Origin: an uncultured bacterium
Lineage (GTDB): Bacteria > Omnitrophota > Gorgyraeia > Duberdicusellales > CBEUCJ01
Assembly (NCBI GenBank): GCA_965541615.1
Contig: CBEUCJ010000001.1
Coordinates: 131,754 to 195,753 of the forward strand
DNA length: 64,000 bases
Direction of reading: 5' to 3'
Part shown: piece after piece, positions 29,855-41,346 of the stretch
Position numbering within the stretch: the first letter of the stretch is position 1
Layout: every line of letters starts with the position of its first letter
The notes under the pieces: model-generated
Databases searched by the model: none
Seen by the model: the letters and a program-made list of their open reading frames with translations, nothing else
Told to the model about the DNA's origin: nothing
Program-made: the position numbers and the translations under genes

Positions 29855-31632
29855 TACCCCAAGATTTTGTTCAGGAAGTTTTAGATAAAACAGATATTGT
29901 AGAACTAATATCTTCTTATATACCTTTAAAAAAGTCTGGATCAAATTTTAAATCGCTCTGTCCTTTCCATACTGAGAAAACGCCATCTTTTTTTGTGAGT
30001 CCTCAAAAACAACTTTTTCATTGTTTTGGTTGTGGAGTAGGAGGGAATGCTATTCATTTTTTAATGAAGTATGAAAATTTATCTTTTTATGAAGCTTTAA
30101 AGACTTTAGCTGAACGCGCAGGACTTAAAATGCCTAAAATTCAGGATTCACAGAAAACTTTAAAGACTTCTCTTTATGAGATAAATGAATTAACAGCCAA
30201 AGTCTACAATGCTTATTTAAAGAAAAAGGGAGAAAATGTTATTAAGTATTTAGCTTCCAGAGGTATAGATAAAGAACATATAGATAAATTTTTATTGGGA
30301 TTAGCTCCTAACAGTTGGGATTTTTTAATAAACTTTCTAAGAGAGAAAAATATTTCTTTATCTCTTATAGAAAAAGCAGGTTTAGTATCTCAGAGGGAAG
30401 ACGGTGGGTTTTATGACCTTTTTAGAAATAGATTAATGATTCCAATCTTTGATATAAAAGACAGAATAATTGGTTTTGGAGCAAGAAGGTTGAAAGAAGA
30501 TGCAAATATTCCTAAATACATAAATACTCCTCAAACAGAAATCTATAACAAAGGTAAGACTCTATTTGGATTAAATTTCTCAAAAGAATACATTCTCAGA
30601 GAGAAAAAAATATGTATTGTAGAAGGTTACTTTGATATGATAGTACCTTTTATTAAAGGTCTAAAAAATATAGTAGCTTGCTTGGGCACAGCTTTGACTT
30701 CTGATCAGGTTCAGCTTATCAAAAGGTATACTGATAAGGTGATAATGATTTATGATCAAGACGATGCAGGAAATTTGGCTACTTTAAGAGCTTTGGGTTT
30801 GTTTTTAGAAAAAGAAATAGATGTAAAGGTGTGTTGTTTACCTGAAGGTTTTGATCCAGATAGTTTTGTTAGAGAGCATGGAATAGAAAGATTTAAAACT
30901 TTAGTGAATGATTCTGTAGATTTTTTAGAATTCGTTTTAAAAATTTTATTTAAAAAGTTTGATCCTTCTCAAGTAAAAGGAAAGATTCAGATTATCAAGG
31001 AGTTATTACCTATATTAGAAAAGATAAAAAATCAAATCCTCCTTTCAGAATATATAAAGATCATATCTCAAAGGTTAAATGTAAAAGAAAACTCACTCTA
31101 TTTAGAACTCCAAAGGAAAAATAAGAATAAATCTCTCATATCTGAAGAGATATTTAAAAGTTATCAAAAATTTTTATCTGTAGAAAGAATGCTTTTAAAG
31201 ATTATTTTAGAATTTCCTGAGACTTTTAGTATAGTCAAAGAAAAATTAACTATACATGACTTTGAAGATTCAGCAGTAAAAAAGGTGTTAGAAAGTATCT
31301 GGGATTTAGATAAGATTCCTCAACTAAAAGAATTGAGTTCCATATTTTCAGGAGATGAACAAATAAACAATCTTTTAAGTGAAATCTCTTTTGCAGAAAT
31401 AGAAGAAAGCAAAGTTTCTCAGATATTAAGAGATTGTGTATTAAAGGTAAGTATAGATTCTAAAAAAAGATACTGTAGAATGTTGAAGGAAGAAATAGAA
31501 AAAGCTCAAAGAGAGGGCAATGAAAAATTAGCTTTAGAGCTGTTAAGAAAATATAATATTTTGAGGAAGGTGATCGAAAATGAGAAAAAAGAGATTACAA
31601 AAAGATGTAGAGAGAATTGTAGAGTTAAGTAA
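29851..31632 (+). CDS. dnaG: DNA primase
   Basis: Zinc-binding [11 protein letters not shown]...CFGCG and a TOPRIM core (EGYFD...DQDDAG). Confidence 0.95.
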   Translation: MIPQDFVQEVLDKTDIVELISSYIPLKKSGSNFKSLCPFHTEKTPSFFVSPQKQLFHCFGCGVGGNAIHFLMKYENLSFYEALKTLAERAGLKMPKIQDSQKTLKTSLYEINELTAKVYNAYLKKKGENVIKYLASRGIDKEHIDKFLLGLAPNSWDFLINFLREKNISLSLIEKAGLVSQREDGGFYDLFRNRLMIPIFDIKDRIIGFGARRLKEDANIPKYINTPQTEIYNKGKTLFGLNFSKEYILREKKICIVEGYFDMIVPFIKGLKNIVACLGTALTSDQVQLIKRYTDKVIMIYDQDDAGNLATLRALGLFLEKEIDVKVCCLPEGFDPDSFVREHGIERFKTLVNDSVDFLEFVLKILFKKFDPSQVKGKIQIIKELLPILEKIKNQILLSEYIKIISQRLNVKENSLYLELQRKNKNKSLISEEIFKSYQKFLSVERMLLKIILEFPETFSIVKEKLTIHDFEDSAVKKVLESIWDLDKIPQLKELSSIFSGDEQINNLLSEISFAEIEESKVSQILRDCVLKVSIDSKKRYCRMLKEEIEKAQREGNEKLALELLRKYNILRKVIENEKKEITKRCRENCRVK

Positions 31633-33112
31633 GAAGAAAGGTTACCTTACTTATGATGAGTTAAATCACTTTTTATCAGAAGATATCTACACCCCTCAAG
31701 AGATAGATTATGTTTTAGATCTTTTAGATCAAAGAAAGATAGCAGTAGTAGAATCTGAAGAGGCTTTACAATTTGAAAAGCCAGAGAGGACCTCTGCAGA
31801 TATTGAAGAAAAATACTTACCTTTAGATGATCCTGTAAAGATGTATTTAAAACAGATGGGAAAGATACCTTTGTTGAGTAGAGAAGAAGAAATAAGATTA
31901 GCTCAAAGGATAGAAGAAGAAGAAACCAAATACAGAGAAATAGTGCTAAGACTACCTCTTTCAAAAGAATATGTTATAAAATTAGCCAAAAGCATTCTAA
32001 AAGATGAAGTAAATGTTGATGAAGTTATAAAAGGAGAGATAAAGAGTAAGGAGAGAGAAAAAAGGAGAATAGCTAAATTATTGGAAAGATTAAAAAAAGA
32101 AAAAAAGGATACTTTAAAGTTGCTAATGGAGTTTAATTTAGTGATTTCAGTAATAAATGAGATAGTAAAAGAATTTGAGGAAAAGATTAAAATTTTAGAA
32201 AGAATAGAAAAAGAAATAAAATTATTTAAAAAAAGTAGAAGATATCAAATGGCTAAACACTTAAGTAGAGAAAAGAAAAAAATAGAAAGACTCTTGAGTG
32301 CAGATTTAGAAGGAGCAAAGAAGATCTTAGAAGAGATCAAAGAACGTCAGGACCATTTTAATCAAGCTAAAAAAGAATTAGTGGAAGCTAATTTGAGATT
32401 GGTAGTGAGTATTGCTAAAAAGTATGTGAACAGAGGTTTATCTTTTTTAGATTTAATTCAAGAAGGAAACATTGGTTTAATAAAAGCTGTAGAAAAATTT
32501 GAATATAAAAGAGGATACAAATTTTCTACATATGCTACTTGGTGGATAAGGCAAGCTATTACCAGAGCTATAGCTGATCACGCCAGAACCATCAGGATAC
32601 CTGTACATATGACAGAGACCATAAACAAAATAGCCAGGATTTCTAGACTTTTTATTCAAGAAAAAGGAAGAGAGCCTACTCCTGAAGAATTAGCCAAAGA
32701 ACTAAAGATGCCTACAGAAAAAATAAAAGAGATTTTAAAAGTAGCTCAACAACCTATCTCTTTGCAGACTCCAATTGGAGAAGAAGGAGAGACTCACTTT
32801 GGAGATTTTATAGAAGATAAAAAAGCAGTCTCTCCTGCAAATGCTACTATCTATTCTATGCTTAGAGAAGAGTTATGGACGGCTTTAAATACTTTGACTG
32901 AGAGAGAAAGAAAGATATTAATTTTAAGATTTGGTTTAGAGGATGGCCAGCCTAGGACTTTAGAAGAAGTAGGAAAAGTCTTTAATGTTACTAGAGAAAG
33001 AATAAGGCAGATAGAAGCAAAAGCCCTCAGGAAATTAAAGCATCCCACCAGGTCTAAGAAATTAAGAGTCTTTTTAGATATGACTTTTGCCCAAGAGAGA
33101 GGAGCTTATTAA
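31580..33112 (+). CDS. rpoD: RNA polymerase primary sigma factor (sigma-70)
   Basis: Regions 2-4 are conserved ([51 protein letters not shown]). Confidence 0.95.
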   Translation: MRKKRLQKDVERIVELSKKKGYLTYDELNHFLSEDIYTPQEIDYVLDLLDQRKIAVVESEEALQFEKPERTSADIEEKYLPLDDPVKMYLKQMGKIPLLSREEEIRLAQRIEEEETKYREIVLRLPLSKEYVIKLAKSILKDEVNVDEVIKGEIKSKEREKRRIAKLLERLKKEKKDTLKLLMEFNLVISVINEIVKEFEEKIKILERIEKEIKLFKKSRRYQMAKHLSREKKKIERLLSADLEGAKKILEEIKERQDHFNQAKKELVEANLRLVVSIAKKYVNRGLSFLDLIQEGNIGLIKAVEKFEYKRGYKFSTYATWWIRQAITRAIADHARTIRIPVHMTETINKIARISRLFIQEKGREPTPEELAKELKMPTEKIKEILKVAQQPISLQTPIGEEGETHFGDFIEDKKAVSPANATIYSMLREELWTALNTLTERERKILILRFGLEDGQPRTLEEVGKVFNVTRERIRQIEAKALRKLKHPTRSKKLRVFLDMTFAQERGAY

Positions 33113-33115
33113 TTA

Positions 33116-34453
33116 ATGAGAGAGATTAAGATAGAGAACATCTTTACAGTTTCAGAATTAAATAATCTTGTTAAAAATATCATTAACAGAGAACTTCCAG
33201 AAGCAGTCTGGGTATGTGGAGAGATTCAGGATTTGAGAAAAAGGTTGGGTAAAAAACATGTGTATTTTAATTTATGTCAAAAACATCCAGAGGTAGATGA
33301 GATAATAGCAAAAGTTAAGTGTGTTATATTTGAGAACACACTCCCTTTTATTGAAAAAAGATTAAAACAACAAGATATCTATTTAACTTTAAAAAATGAT
33401 ATTGAAGTAAAACTATTATGCAAAATAGATTTTTATCCAAAATGGGGAGAATTTAGATTAATAATCATAGATATAGATCCTATTTATACTTTAGGAAAGT
33501 TAGCTCAAAATAGGCAAAGACTCTTACGTGAATTAGAAGAAAGAGGACTATTAAATAAAAATAAAAATTTACCTTTTCCTTTAGTCCCTTTAAAAATAGG
33601 TTTAGTTACTGCTTTTGATTCAGCTGCTTGGCATGATTTTCTATCTGAATTAAGAAGTTCTGGTTTTGGATTTAAGATTTATTTTTATGACGCTTATATG
33701 CAAGGAGAGTATACAGAATCTGACATTATAAAAGCATTAGAGATTTTTAATAAATTTAGTAAAGAAGAGTTAGATGTGATAGTTATAACTCGTGGAGGAG
33801 GTTCTACTGCAGATTTGAGTTGTTTTGATAATATAAAGATAGCTGAAAAAATAGCTAATTCTAAATTTCCTGTTTTAACTGCTTTAGGGCATCAGATAAA
33901 TAATACGATTATAGATTTTGTCTCATACACTTCTTTAAAGACACCCACAGCTATAGCTCAGTTTTTAGTTTTGAAAGTAAAAGAATTTTTAGATAACTTA
34001 AATTTTTTATGGGAAGAGGTTTTAAAGATATCTCAACAAAATTTATCTAATGCAAAAAATCAGCTTCTAAATTATCTTTTTAATTTTGAAAGAAATTTGA
34101 ATTCTTATTTTTCACAAAGTAAAAATGATATTTTAGAAAAAGAGGTTTTGTTTAAACATAAATTGATTGATTTTTTTAAGAATAAGAAAGATTCTCTAAA
34201 GGAGACTTTGGAAGACTTAAAAGAAGGTTATGAAAATATTTTTAAAAATAAAAGAGTGTTTTTAGAAAATGCAGAGGAAAAAATAAAATTATCAGATCCT
34301 AAAAAGATTTTGAAAAGAGGATTTAGTATAACTAGAATAGGGAAAAGAGTTTTAAAAGATACAAAGCTTTTGAAAAATGGAGAAAAGGTAAAGACTTTTC
34401 TTTACAAGGGTAGTTTTGAGAGTATAATCTCAAATATTATAGATGAAGTATAA
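33116..34453 (+). CDS. xseA: Exodeoxyribonuclease VII large subunit
   Basis: N-terminal OB-fold and the conserved ITRGGGS motif. 445 aa. Confidence 0.9.
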   Translation: MREIKIENIFTVSELNNLVKNIINRELPEAVWVCGEIQDLRKRLGKKHVYFNLCQKHPEVDEIIAKVKCVIFENTLPFIEKRLKQQDIYLTLKNDIEVKLLCKIDFYPKWGEFRLIIIDIDPIYTLGKLAQNRQRLLRELEERGLLNKNKNLPFPLVPLKIGLVTAFDSAAWHDFLSELRSSGFGFKIYFYDAYMQGEYTESDIIKALEIFNKFSKEELDVIVITRGGGSTADLSCFDNIKIAEKIANSKFPVLTALGHQINNTIIDFVSYTSLKTPTAIAQFLVLKVKEFLDNLNFLWEEVLKISQQNLSNAKNQLLNYLFNFERNLNSYFSQSKNDILEKEVLFKHKLIDFFKNKKDSLKETLEDLKEGYENIFKNKRVFLENAEEKIKLSDPKKILKRGFSITRIGKRVLKDTKLLKNGEKVKTFLYKGSFESIISNIIDEV

Positions 34454-34649
34454 ACAGGCTTTCCAAGAATTAAATAAAATTTTAAAAGATTTGCAGTCAG
34501 AAGATATCGATGTAGATGAACTCACAGATAAAGTAAAGAGGGCTTTAGAATTAATTAAAATTTGCAAAGAAAAGATAGAGAAGACAGAATTAGAGGTAAA
34601 AAAAATTATTGAAGAGTTTCAAAGATCTTCTTTAGAAAAGGAGGTGTAA
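34443..34649 (+). CDS. xseB: Exodeoxyribonuclease VII small subunit
   Basis: 68-aa helical protein overlapping the xseA stop. Confidence 0.8.
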   Translation: MKYKQAFQELNKILKDLQSEDIDVDELTDKVKRALELIKICKEKIEKTELEVKKIIEEFQRSSLEKEV

Positions 34650-34855
34650 GATTTTAGTAGGTTTACTCTTAATAATAGCAGGTATATTGATAGCTATATA
34701 CCCTGAACTTCTTTCTTTGATCGTTGCTTCATTTTTAATTTTTTTAGGTTTACTTATAGTTTTAATAAGTTATTACTATAAAAAGGAAGCAAAGAGATTT
34801 GAAAATCCTTTCATAGATTTCTTCTTTAGATTTTAATACCCCCCCTTCTTTCTTA

Positions 34856-34884
34856 TTGACATCTCAAAGGAAGCGTGTTAATTT
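34856..34884 (+). promoter_or_regulatory. Sigma-70-like promoter (TTGACA, 17 nt, TGt-TAATTT) upstream of proC
   Basis: Consensus -35 TTGACA at 34856-34861. The ORF-track TTG start coincides with this hexamer. Confidence 0.4.
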
Positions 34885-34909
34885 AAAATCCTCAAAAACT
34901 AAAGATATT

Positions 34910-35737
34910 ATGGAGAAGAAGATAAAAATAGGTATTATTGGTTTAGGGAATATGGGTACAGCTATATTGAGAGGTTTGGTAAAGAAGTTAAATAGAGCTA
35001 ATTTATTTGGATATGATAAAGATAGAGAGAAAAATAAGATAATAAAGAAAAATTTAAAGATAAACATTTGTGAAAGTATAGAAGATTTAGTCAAAAAAAG
35101 TAAAGTTACGTTTCTCTGTGTAAAACCCCAAGATTTGAAAGAAGTTTTGAAAGAATTAGAAAAAACATTATCTTCAATAAAGGAGAAAAAAATATTTATA
35201 AGTATAGCTGCAGGCATACCTTTAAAATTTTTAGAGAAGTATTTAAAAAATAATCCTGTAATAAGAGTAATGCCTAATTTAGGAGCTAAAGTCTTTGAAT
35301 CTTTGAATGCTTATAGTTGTGGGAAATTTACAAAAGAAGATGATGAAAAGATAGGTGTTAGGCTTCTAAATAGTTTTGGTGTTTCTATTAAAGTTAAAGA
35401 GTCTTTTTTAGATAAAATTACTGCTTTAAGTGGGTCAGGATTAGCTTATTTTTTTTATTTTTTTGAAGCTTTAGAAGAGAGTGCAAAAAAATTAGGGTTT
35501 TCTGAGTCAGATTCTAAGTTTTTAGTTTATCAAACGATGAAGGCTTCTTTGAAATTATTAGAATCAGAGAATTTAAATGCTCAGAGTTTAAGGAAGAAAG
35601 TAACTTCTAAAAAAGGAACTACTGAAAGAGCTATAAAAATATTTAAAGAGAATAAATTTAAAGAGATAGTCTACAAAGCTGTAAGGCAAGCTCAAAAAAG
35701 AGCAAAGGAGCTAAGTAAGGAGGTTTTAAATGCCTAA
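34910..35737 (+). CDS. proC: Pyrroline-5-carboxylate reductase
   Basis: Rossmann motif IGIIGLGNMG sits directly after the ATG at 34910. The 18 extra codons from 34856 overlap the predicted promoter. Confidence 0.85.
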   Translation: MEKKIKIGIIGLGNMGTAILRGLVKKLNRANLFGYDKDREKNKIIKKNLKINICESIEDLVKKSKVTFLCVKPQDLKEVLKELEKTLSSIKEKKIFISIAAGIPLKFLEKYLKNNPVIRVMPNLGAKVFESLNAYSCGKFTKEDDEKIGVRLLNSFGVSIKVKESFLDKITALSGSGLAYFFYFFEALEESAKKLGFSESDSKFLVYQTMKASLKLLESENLNAQSLRKKVTSKKGTTERAIKIFKENKFKEIVYKAVRQAQKRAKELSKEVLNA

Positions 35738-36590
35738 GATAGGAATAATTGGAGGTAGTGGCCTTTATGAGTTAGAAGGTTTAAAAGTTAAAAAGAAAGT
35801 AAAGATTAAAACTCCTTTTGGAAAACCTTCCTCAGAAATAGTTATTGGAGAATTTGAGAACAAAGAAATAGCTTTTTTAGCAAGACATGGTAAAGCTCAT
35901 ACTATTCCTCCAACTAGCATAAATTACAGAGCGAATATTTTTGCTTTAAAAGTTTTAGGAGTAGAAAGGATAATTTCAGTTTCAGCTTGTGGTTCTTTTA
36001 AAGAAGAATTAAAACCCAAAGATTTTGTTATTCCTTTACAATTTTTTGATAGGACAAATCAATGTAGAAAAATGAGCTTTTTTGTTGAGGAAGGTATTGT
36101 AGCACATGTTGGTTTTTCAGAACCTATCTGTAAAGATTTAGCTCAACTAATTTATAAAGCTTGTCAACAGGTTCAAGTTAACGTTCATTTTGGAGGTGTA
36201 TATGTGAATATGGAAGGTCCTCAATTTTCTACTTTAGCTGAGAGTTTATTCTATAAATCTCAGGGATTTGATATTATAGGAATGACAAATTTAGCTGAAA
36301 GTAAATTAGCTAGAGAAGCTGAAATCTGTTATGCAAGTTTGTGTGCAGTTACAGATTATGATTGTTGGCATCCTTCTCATGAGACTGTTACTGCTCAAAT
36401 GGTAATAGAAAATCTAATGACTAATGTAGAGAATGCTAAGAAAATATTAAAAATTTTGATTCCTCTTATTCCTGAAGAAAGAAATTGTAAATGTAAATCA
36501 GCTTTAAAAGATGCAATAGTTACCCCTTTAAAAGAGGTACCTAACAAATTAAAGAAAAAATTAAAACCTATAATTGGTAAATATCTATGA
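35730..36590 (+). CDS. mtnP: 5'-methylthioadenosine / purine nucleoside phosphorylase
   Basis: N-terminus IGIIGGSGLY and PNP/MTAP family blocks. Confidence 0.85.
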   Translation: MPKIGIIGGSGLYELEGLKVKKKVKIKTPFGKPSSEIVIGEFENKEIAFLARHGKAHTIPPTSINYRANIFALKVLGVERIISVSACGSFKEELKPKDFVIPLQFFDRTNQCRKMSFFVEEGIVAHVGFSEPICKDLAQLIYKACQQVQVNVHFGGVYVNMEGPQFSTLAESLFYKSQGFDIIGMTNLAESKLAREAEICYASLCAVTDYDCWHPSHETVTAQMVIENLMTNVENAKKILKILIPLIPEERNCKCKSALKDAIVTPLKEVPNKLKKKLKPIIGKYL

Positions 36591-39358
36591 GAGACTATAA
36601 GAATACATTAAATCTTCCTCAGACAGATTTTAGTATGAGAGCTAATTTAAAGGAAAAAGAATTAAAGATCCTTTCTTTTTGGAAAGAGACTGATATTTAT
36701 AAAAAGATGTTAGAAAAAGGAGATTTGAATAAGATATTTATACTCCATGATGGTCCCCCTTATAGTAATGCTTCTATTCATATAGGCCACGCTCTAAATA
36801 AAATATTAAAAGACATAATAATAAAATACAAATCTTTTTTAGGTTATAGAGTGCCTTTTATATGTGGATGGGATTGTCATGGGCTCCCTGTAGAACTCCA
36901 ACTGATGAAAGAGTTAAATATTACTAGTAAAGAGCAAATAGATGTTTTAGATTTTAGGAAGAAAGCTACAGATTTTGCTTTAAAATTTGCTCAGATTCAA
37001 AAAGAAGAATTTGAAAGGTTAGGAGTATTTTCAGATTGGAGCACATCTTATTACACATTATCTCCTAAATATGAAGCTGAAGTAATAAGGTTATTTGCGG
37101 AGTTAGTAGAGAAAGGATTTATATATAGAGGTTTAAAACCTGTTAACTGGTGTAAACATTGTCAGACTGCCTTAGCTGAAGCTGAAGTAGAGTATAAAAA
37201 TAAGACTTCCCCTTCAATTTATGTTCTTTTTGAGGTTAAAGATCAAAAAACTTTTCCTCAAAATACTTATTTTTTGGTATGGACTACGACTCCTTGGACT
37301 TTAGTATCAAATACTGCTTTAGCTGTTAATCCTACAGCTGAATATGTATTAATCTCTTTAGAAAATAAATACATAATTATTTTGAAAGATTTAAAAGAAA
37401 AGATTTTAGAAAAGGTTAAGATAAAAAATTGTAAAGTGTTAAAAGAATTCAAAGGAAAAGATTTAGAAGGAATATTAACTCAACATCCTTTTATCGATAG
37501 AATTTCACCTGTAGTCTTAGGAGATTTTGTTTCTAAAGAAGAAGGAACAGGTATTGTACACATAGCTCCAGGTTTTGGTCAAGAAGATTTTGAGTTAGGT
37601 TTAAAATATAATTTAGATATACTTGTGCCTGTAGATGAGAAAGGAAGATTTAAAGAAGAAGATTTTGTTCCTCAAGATTTAAGAAATAAAGATGTTCATA
37701 CTGCTGACAATCTTATAATTGAGATTTTAAAGCAAAAAGATAAGTTATTTATTTCAGAGAACATTACGCATTCTTATCCTCATTGCTGGAGATGTAAAAA
37801 ACCTTTAATATTTAGGGCTACAGAACAGACTTTTTTGAATATAGAAAAGAATAATTTAAGAAAGAATTTATTAAAAGAGATTGAAAAGATAAGATGGATA
37901 CCTCCTCAAGGAAAGGAAAGAATATATGCTATGGTTTCTGAAAGACCTGATTGGTGTCTATCAAGACAGAGAATTTGGGGTTTAGGGATACCTGCTTTTA
38001 TATGTAAAGATTGCAATTTTTATATTTTGGATAAAGATTTAATCTTAAAGATAGCAGATTTAATAGAAAAAGAAGGAAGTAATATTTGGTTTGAAAAACC
38101 TGTTTCTTTTTTCTTGGGATCTCATTATAAATGTCCAAGATGCAAAAGCAAAAATTTAAAGAAGGGAACAGATGTCTTAGATGTTTGGTTTGAATCAGGA
38201 GCGAGTTTTAGAGCAGTTTTAATGAAAAGAGAAGAATTAAAATTTCCAGCAGATATTTATTTAGAAGGTTCAGACCAACATAGAGGATGGTTTCAGGTTT
38301 CATTGATTTTGAGTTATGCTACTCAGAATAAAGCTCCTTTTAGAGATGTTCTTACTCATGGATTCGTAGTAGATGAAAAGGGAAGAAAGATGTCAAAATC
38401 TTTAGGAAATGTAATTAAACCACAAGATATATGGACAAAATATGGAGCTGAAATTTTAAGATTATGGGCGTGTTCAGCTAATTACCATTTAGATATAAAG
38501 ATTTCATCAGATATTATTTTGAGGATAGTAGATTTCTATAGAAAAGTAAGAAATACTTTTAGGTTTTTATTAGGAAATTTATATGATTTTTCTCCAACCA
38601 AAGATATGATAGATTTTAGTAATTTATTATATTTGGACAAAATTTTCCTTTCTAAGCTCTCTGAACTCACTTTAAAAATAAAAAAATTTTATGAAGAGTA
38701 CGCTTTTTATAAGATTTATCAAAATGTTTACAATTATTGTGTAAATATTTTGAGTGCAATTTATTTTGATATTTTAAAAGAGAGATTGTACACTCATCCT
38801 AAAAAATCAAATTCTAGATTGTCTTGTCAGACAGTACTTTTTTATATTTTAAGAACATTAGTAAGGATTTTAGCTCCTATAATGAGTTTTACTTGTGAAG
38901 AAGTTTGGCAGCATATGAGAAAAATGGGTTTTGAAGAAAAAGAATCTGTTTTTTTAAGCAATTGGCCTAAAGAAGTAGAGGATTTTTTAGATAAGAGTTT
39001 ATTAAAAGATTTAGAAAGACTTCTTCTTTTAAGGGATAAAGTAAACAAAGCTTTAGAAATAAAAAGACAGGAAGGTTTAATAAGAGCTTCTTTGGAAGCA
39101 GAGTTAGATATTTATCTTTCAAAAGAAGAATTAGATTTCTTTAAAGGATTAGATATTGACTGGAGAGAATTTTTTATCGTTTCAAAAGTAAATTTTTCAG
39201 AGGGAAAAGAAAGAATAATAGTTGAGAAAGCTAAAGGTCAGAAATGTCAAAGGTGTTGGTGTATAGATGAGAGTGTAGGTGCAGATACTGAATTTCCAGA
39301 TCTATGCAGAAGATGTATTAAATTTTTAAAGGAGGCTAATTATGGGAAGAAGACCTAA
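36587..39358 (+). CDS. ileS: Isoleucyl-tRNA synthetase
   Basis: HIGH (HIGHAL) and KMSKS motifs plus a C-terminal zinc-binding Cys cluster. 923 aa. Confidence 0.95.
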   Translation: MRDYKNTLNLPQTDFSMRANLKEKELKILSFWKETDIYKKMLEKGDLNKIFILHDGPPYSNASIHIGHALNKILKDIIIKYKSFLGYRVPFICGWDCHGLPVELQLMKELNITSKEQIDVLDFRKKATDFALKFAQIQKEEFERLGVFSDWSTSYYTLSPKYEAEVIRLFAELVEKGFIYRGLKPVNWCKHCQTALAEAEVEYKNKTSPSIYVLFEVKDQKTFPQNTYFLVWTTTPWTLVSNTALAVNPTAEYVLISLENKYIIILKDLKEKILEKVKIKNCKVLKEFKGKDLEGILTQHPFIDRISPVVLGDFVSKEEGTGIVHIAPGFGQEDFELGLKYNLDILVPVDEKGRFKEEDFVPQDLRNKDVHTADNLIIEILKQKDKLFISENITHSYPHCWRCKKPLIFRATEQTFLNIEKNNLRKNLLKEIEKIRWIPPQGKERIYAMVSERPDWCLSRQRIWGLGIPAFICKDCNFYILDKDLILKIADLIEKEGSNIWFEKPVSFFLGSHYKCPRCKSKNLKKGTDVLDVWFESGASFRAVLMKREELKFPADIYLEGSDQHRGWFQVSLILSYATQNKAPFRDVLTHGFVVDEKGRKMSKSLGNVIKPQDIWTKYGAEILRLWACSANYHLDIKISSDIILRIVDFYRKVRNTFRFLLGNLYDFSPTKDMIDFSNLLYLDKIFLSKLSELTLKIKKFYEEYAFYKIYQNVYNYCVNILSAIYFDILKERLYTHPKKSNSRLSCQTVLFYILRTLVRILAPIMSFTCEEVWQHMRKMGFEEKESVFLSNWPKEVEDFLDKSLLKDLERLLLLRDKVNKALEIKRQEGLIRASLEAELDIYLSKEELDFFKGLDIDWREFFIVSKVNFSEGKERIIVEKAKGQKCQRCWCIDESVGADTEFPDLCRRCIKFLKEANYGKKT

Positions 39359-39740
39359 AAAGCTTACAAAGAAAGAATTGAAAGAATTTAAAAAGATACT
39401 TTTAAATATGAGAGATAACATACTTTCTGAGATTGAACATATCTCTAAAAATACTCGAGAAACTCAAAAAGAATCTGCAGGAGATCTATCAGCTTACACT
39501 CTTCACATAGCAGATGTAGCTTCAGATAACTTTCAAAGAGAGTTGAGTTTAGAATTAGCTTCCAATGAGAGAGAGCTTTTATTTCAAATAAAAGAAGCTT
39601 TAGAAAGAATAGAGCAAGGCACATACGGAATCTGTGTTATGTGTAAAAAACCCATTCCTAAGACTAGATTGAAAGCAATCCCTTACACTCAGCTTTGCAA
39701 GAAATGTCAGGAAAAGCGTGAGAAAGAATCTGGTTTTTGA
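39342..39740 (+). CDS. DksA/TraR-family C4-type zinc finger protein
   Basis: Coiled-coil N-terminus and a C-terminal CxxC-(17)-CxxC. Confidence 0.75.
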   Translation: MGRRPKKLTKKELKEFKKILLNMRDNILSEIEHISKNTRETQKESAGDLSAYTLHIADVASDNFQRELSLELASNERELLFQIKEALERIEQGTYGICVMCKKPIPKTRLKAIPYTQLCKKCQEKREKESGF

Positions 39741-40173
39741 TATTTTTTTCTTTTTTTCATTATTTTTCTTAGATAGATTAACTAAATACCTTTCTCTTAA
39801 ATTCTTAGAACAAAGGACAAAAGATTTAGGAGTATTTACTTTAAGATTAGTTAGAAATACAGGAGGAGTTTTTGGTATAGGAAAAGGTTTATCTTCTTTA
39901 TGGATAATAATTTCAATAATTATTTTCTTTGTATTTTTGTATTGGTATTTTAGAGAGATAAATTTTCTTTCTAAAGTACACAGGTTAGGATACATTTTTA
40001 TTTTGGAAGGAGCTTTTTCTAATATTTTAGACAGATTTTTTTATGGTTATGTTATAGATTTTATAGATTTTAAAGTTTGGCCAGTCTTTAACCTTTCAGA
40101 TACATTTATAACTTTAGGTATACTAATATTCATATTCAGATTTTGGAGTGAGAGAGGAAATAAAAATAGATAA
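39718..40173 (+). CDS. lspA: Lipoprotein signal peptidase (signal peptidase II)
   Basis: RNTGGVFG and FNLSD motifs, 4 TM, 151 aa. Confidence 0.85.
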   Translation: MRKNLVFDIFFFFSLFFLDRLTKYLSLKFLEQRTKDLGVFTLRLVRNTGGVFGIGKGLSSLWIIISIIIFFVFLYWYFREINFLSKVHRLGYIFILEGAFSNILDRFFYGYVIDFIDFKVWPVFNLSDTFITLGILIFIFRFWSERGNKNR

Positions 40174-41038
40174 AGACGCACTAGGTAAAAGGTTAGATGT
40201 TTTTTTATCTCAATATTTAGAAAAAAAATTTTCCCGTTCTCAAATTCAGGAATTAATTAAAAAAGGAAATATAAAAGTCAATCAAAATCTGGTAAAGCCT
40301 TCTTATAAAGTCAAAGAGAATGATTTAATAACTTTAGAATATGAAGAAAAAAATATCTCCTTAAAACCTTATCCTTTCAAAATAAAAATTTTGTATGAAG
40401 ATGATTGGCTCTTAGTTGTAGATAAACCAGCAGGTATATTGGTTCATCCAACTTCTAAAGAGAAAGAAAGAACTTTAGTAAATGCACTCTTATATTTATC
40501 AAAAAAACTATCAAAAGTTAATCCTGAGAGACCAGGTATTGTACATAGGTTAGATAAAGATACTTCAGGTCTATTATTAGTTGCAAAAGAAGATTTTGTA
40601 CATTTTAAATTAAGAGAAATGTTTTCTAAACACTTAATAGAAAGAGAATATATAGCTTTAGTGGAAGGAATCTTAAAGATAAAAGAAGCAAAAATATCTT
40701 TACCTTTAGCTCATTCTAAAAATAATTTTACTCATATTAAAGTTTCATTTTTAGGTGCAAAGAAAGCTGTAACTTTTTATAAAATTTTAAAAGAGTTTAA
40801 AAAAGCAAGTTTAGTTTTAGCAAAACCTTTGACAGGTAGAACCCATCAAATTAGAGTCCATTTTAAATTTTTAGGACACCCTATAATTGGAGATAAAAAA
40901 TATTCAAATACTCATTTTGAAAGGATGTGTTTACACGCATATAGTTTAAAGTTTGTTCATCCTGTAACTAAAAAAGAGATGTTTTTTAAAGTAACTTTAC
41001 CTAAAGATTTTAGAGAAGTGCTTCTAAAATTTATTTAG
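40148..41038 (+). CDS. rluD: RluA-family 23S rRNA pseudouridine synthase (RluD-like)
   Basis: N-terminal S4 domain and the catalytic HRLDKDTSGLL motif. Confidence 0.9.
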   Translation: MREEIKIDKDALGKRLDVFLSQYLEKKFSRSQIQELIKKGNIKVNQNLVKPSYKVKENDLITLEYEEKNISLKPYPFKIKILYEDDWLLVVDKPAGILVHPTSKEKERTLVNALLYLSKKLSKVNPERPGIVHRLDKDTSGLLLVAKEDFVHFKLREMFSKHLIEREYIALVEGILKIKEAKISLPLAHSKNNFTHIKVSFLGAKKAVTFYKILKEFKKASLVLAKPLTGRTHQIRVHFKFLGHPIIGDKKYSNTHFERMCLHAYSLKFVHPVTKKEMFFKVTLPKDFREVLLKFI

Positions 41039-41064
41039 TATGTTAAAATTAGTCTCTTATAAAA

Positions 41065-41346
41065 ATGAGAAAGTCAGTTATTCTGACTAAGAAAGAAGAT
41101 AAAAAAGATGACCACTTCAAAATTATTCATGTAGATAAAGAATTTGATTTTGTGATAATAAATGCAGGGAAATTAGATAATATGAAAGAGGGAAGAATCT
41201 TAGAAATTTTAGATAGAAATTTTAAAAGTTTGGGAAAGATAAAAATAGAATACGTTTATGATAAAGTATCAGCTTGCAAGTTTTTGCCAGGTGTAAAGAA
41301 GAATTTAGTGTTAGAGACTTTAGAGGTAAGACCTGTAAATGAATGA
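41065..41346 (+). CDS. Hypothetical protein
   Basis: 93-aa ORF with no confident family match. Confidence 0.35.
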   Translation: MRKSVILTKKEDKKDDHFKIIHVDKEFDFVIINAGKLDNMKEGRILEILDRNFKSLGKIKIEYVYDKVSACKFLPGVKKNLVLETLEVRPVNE

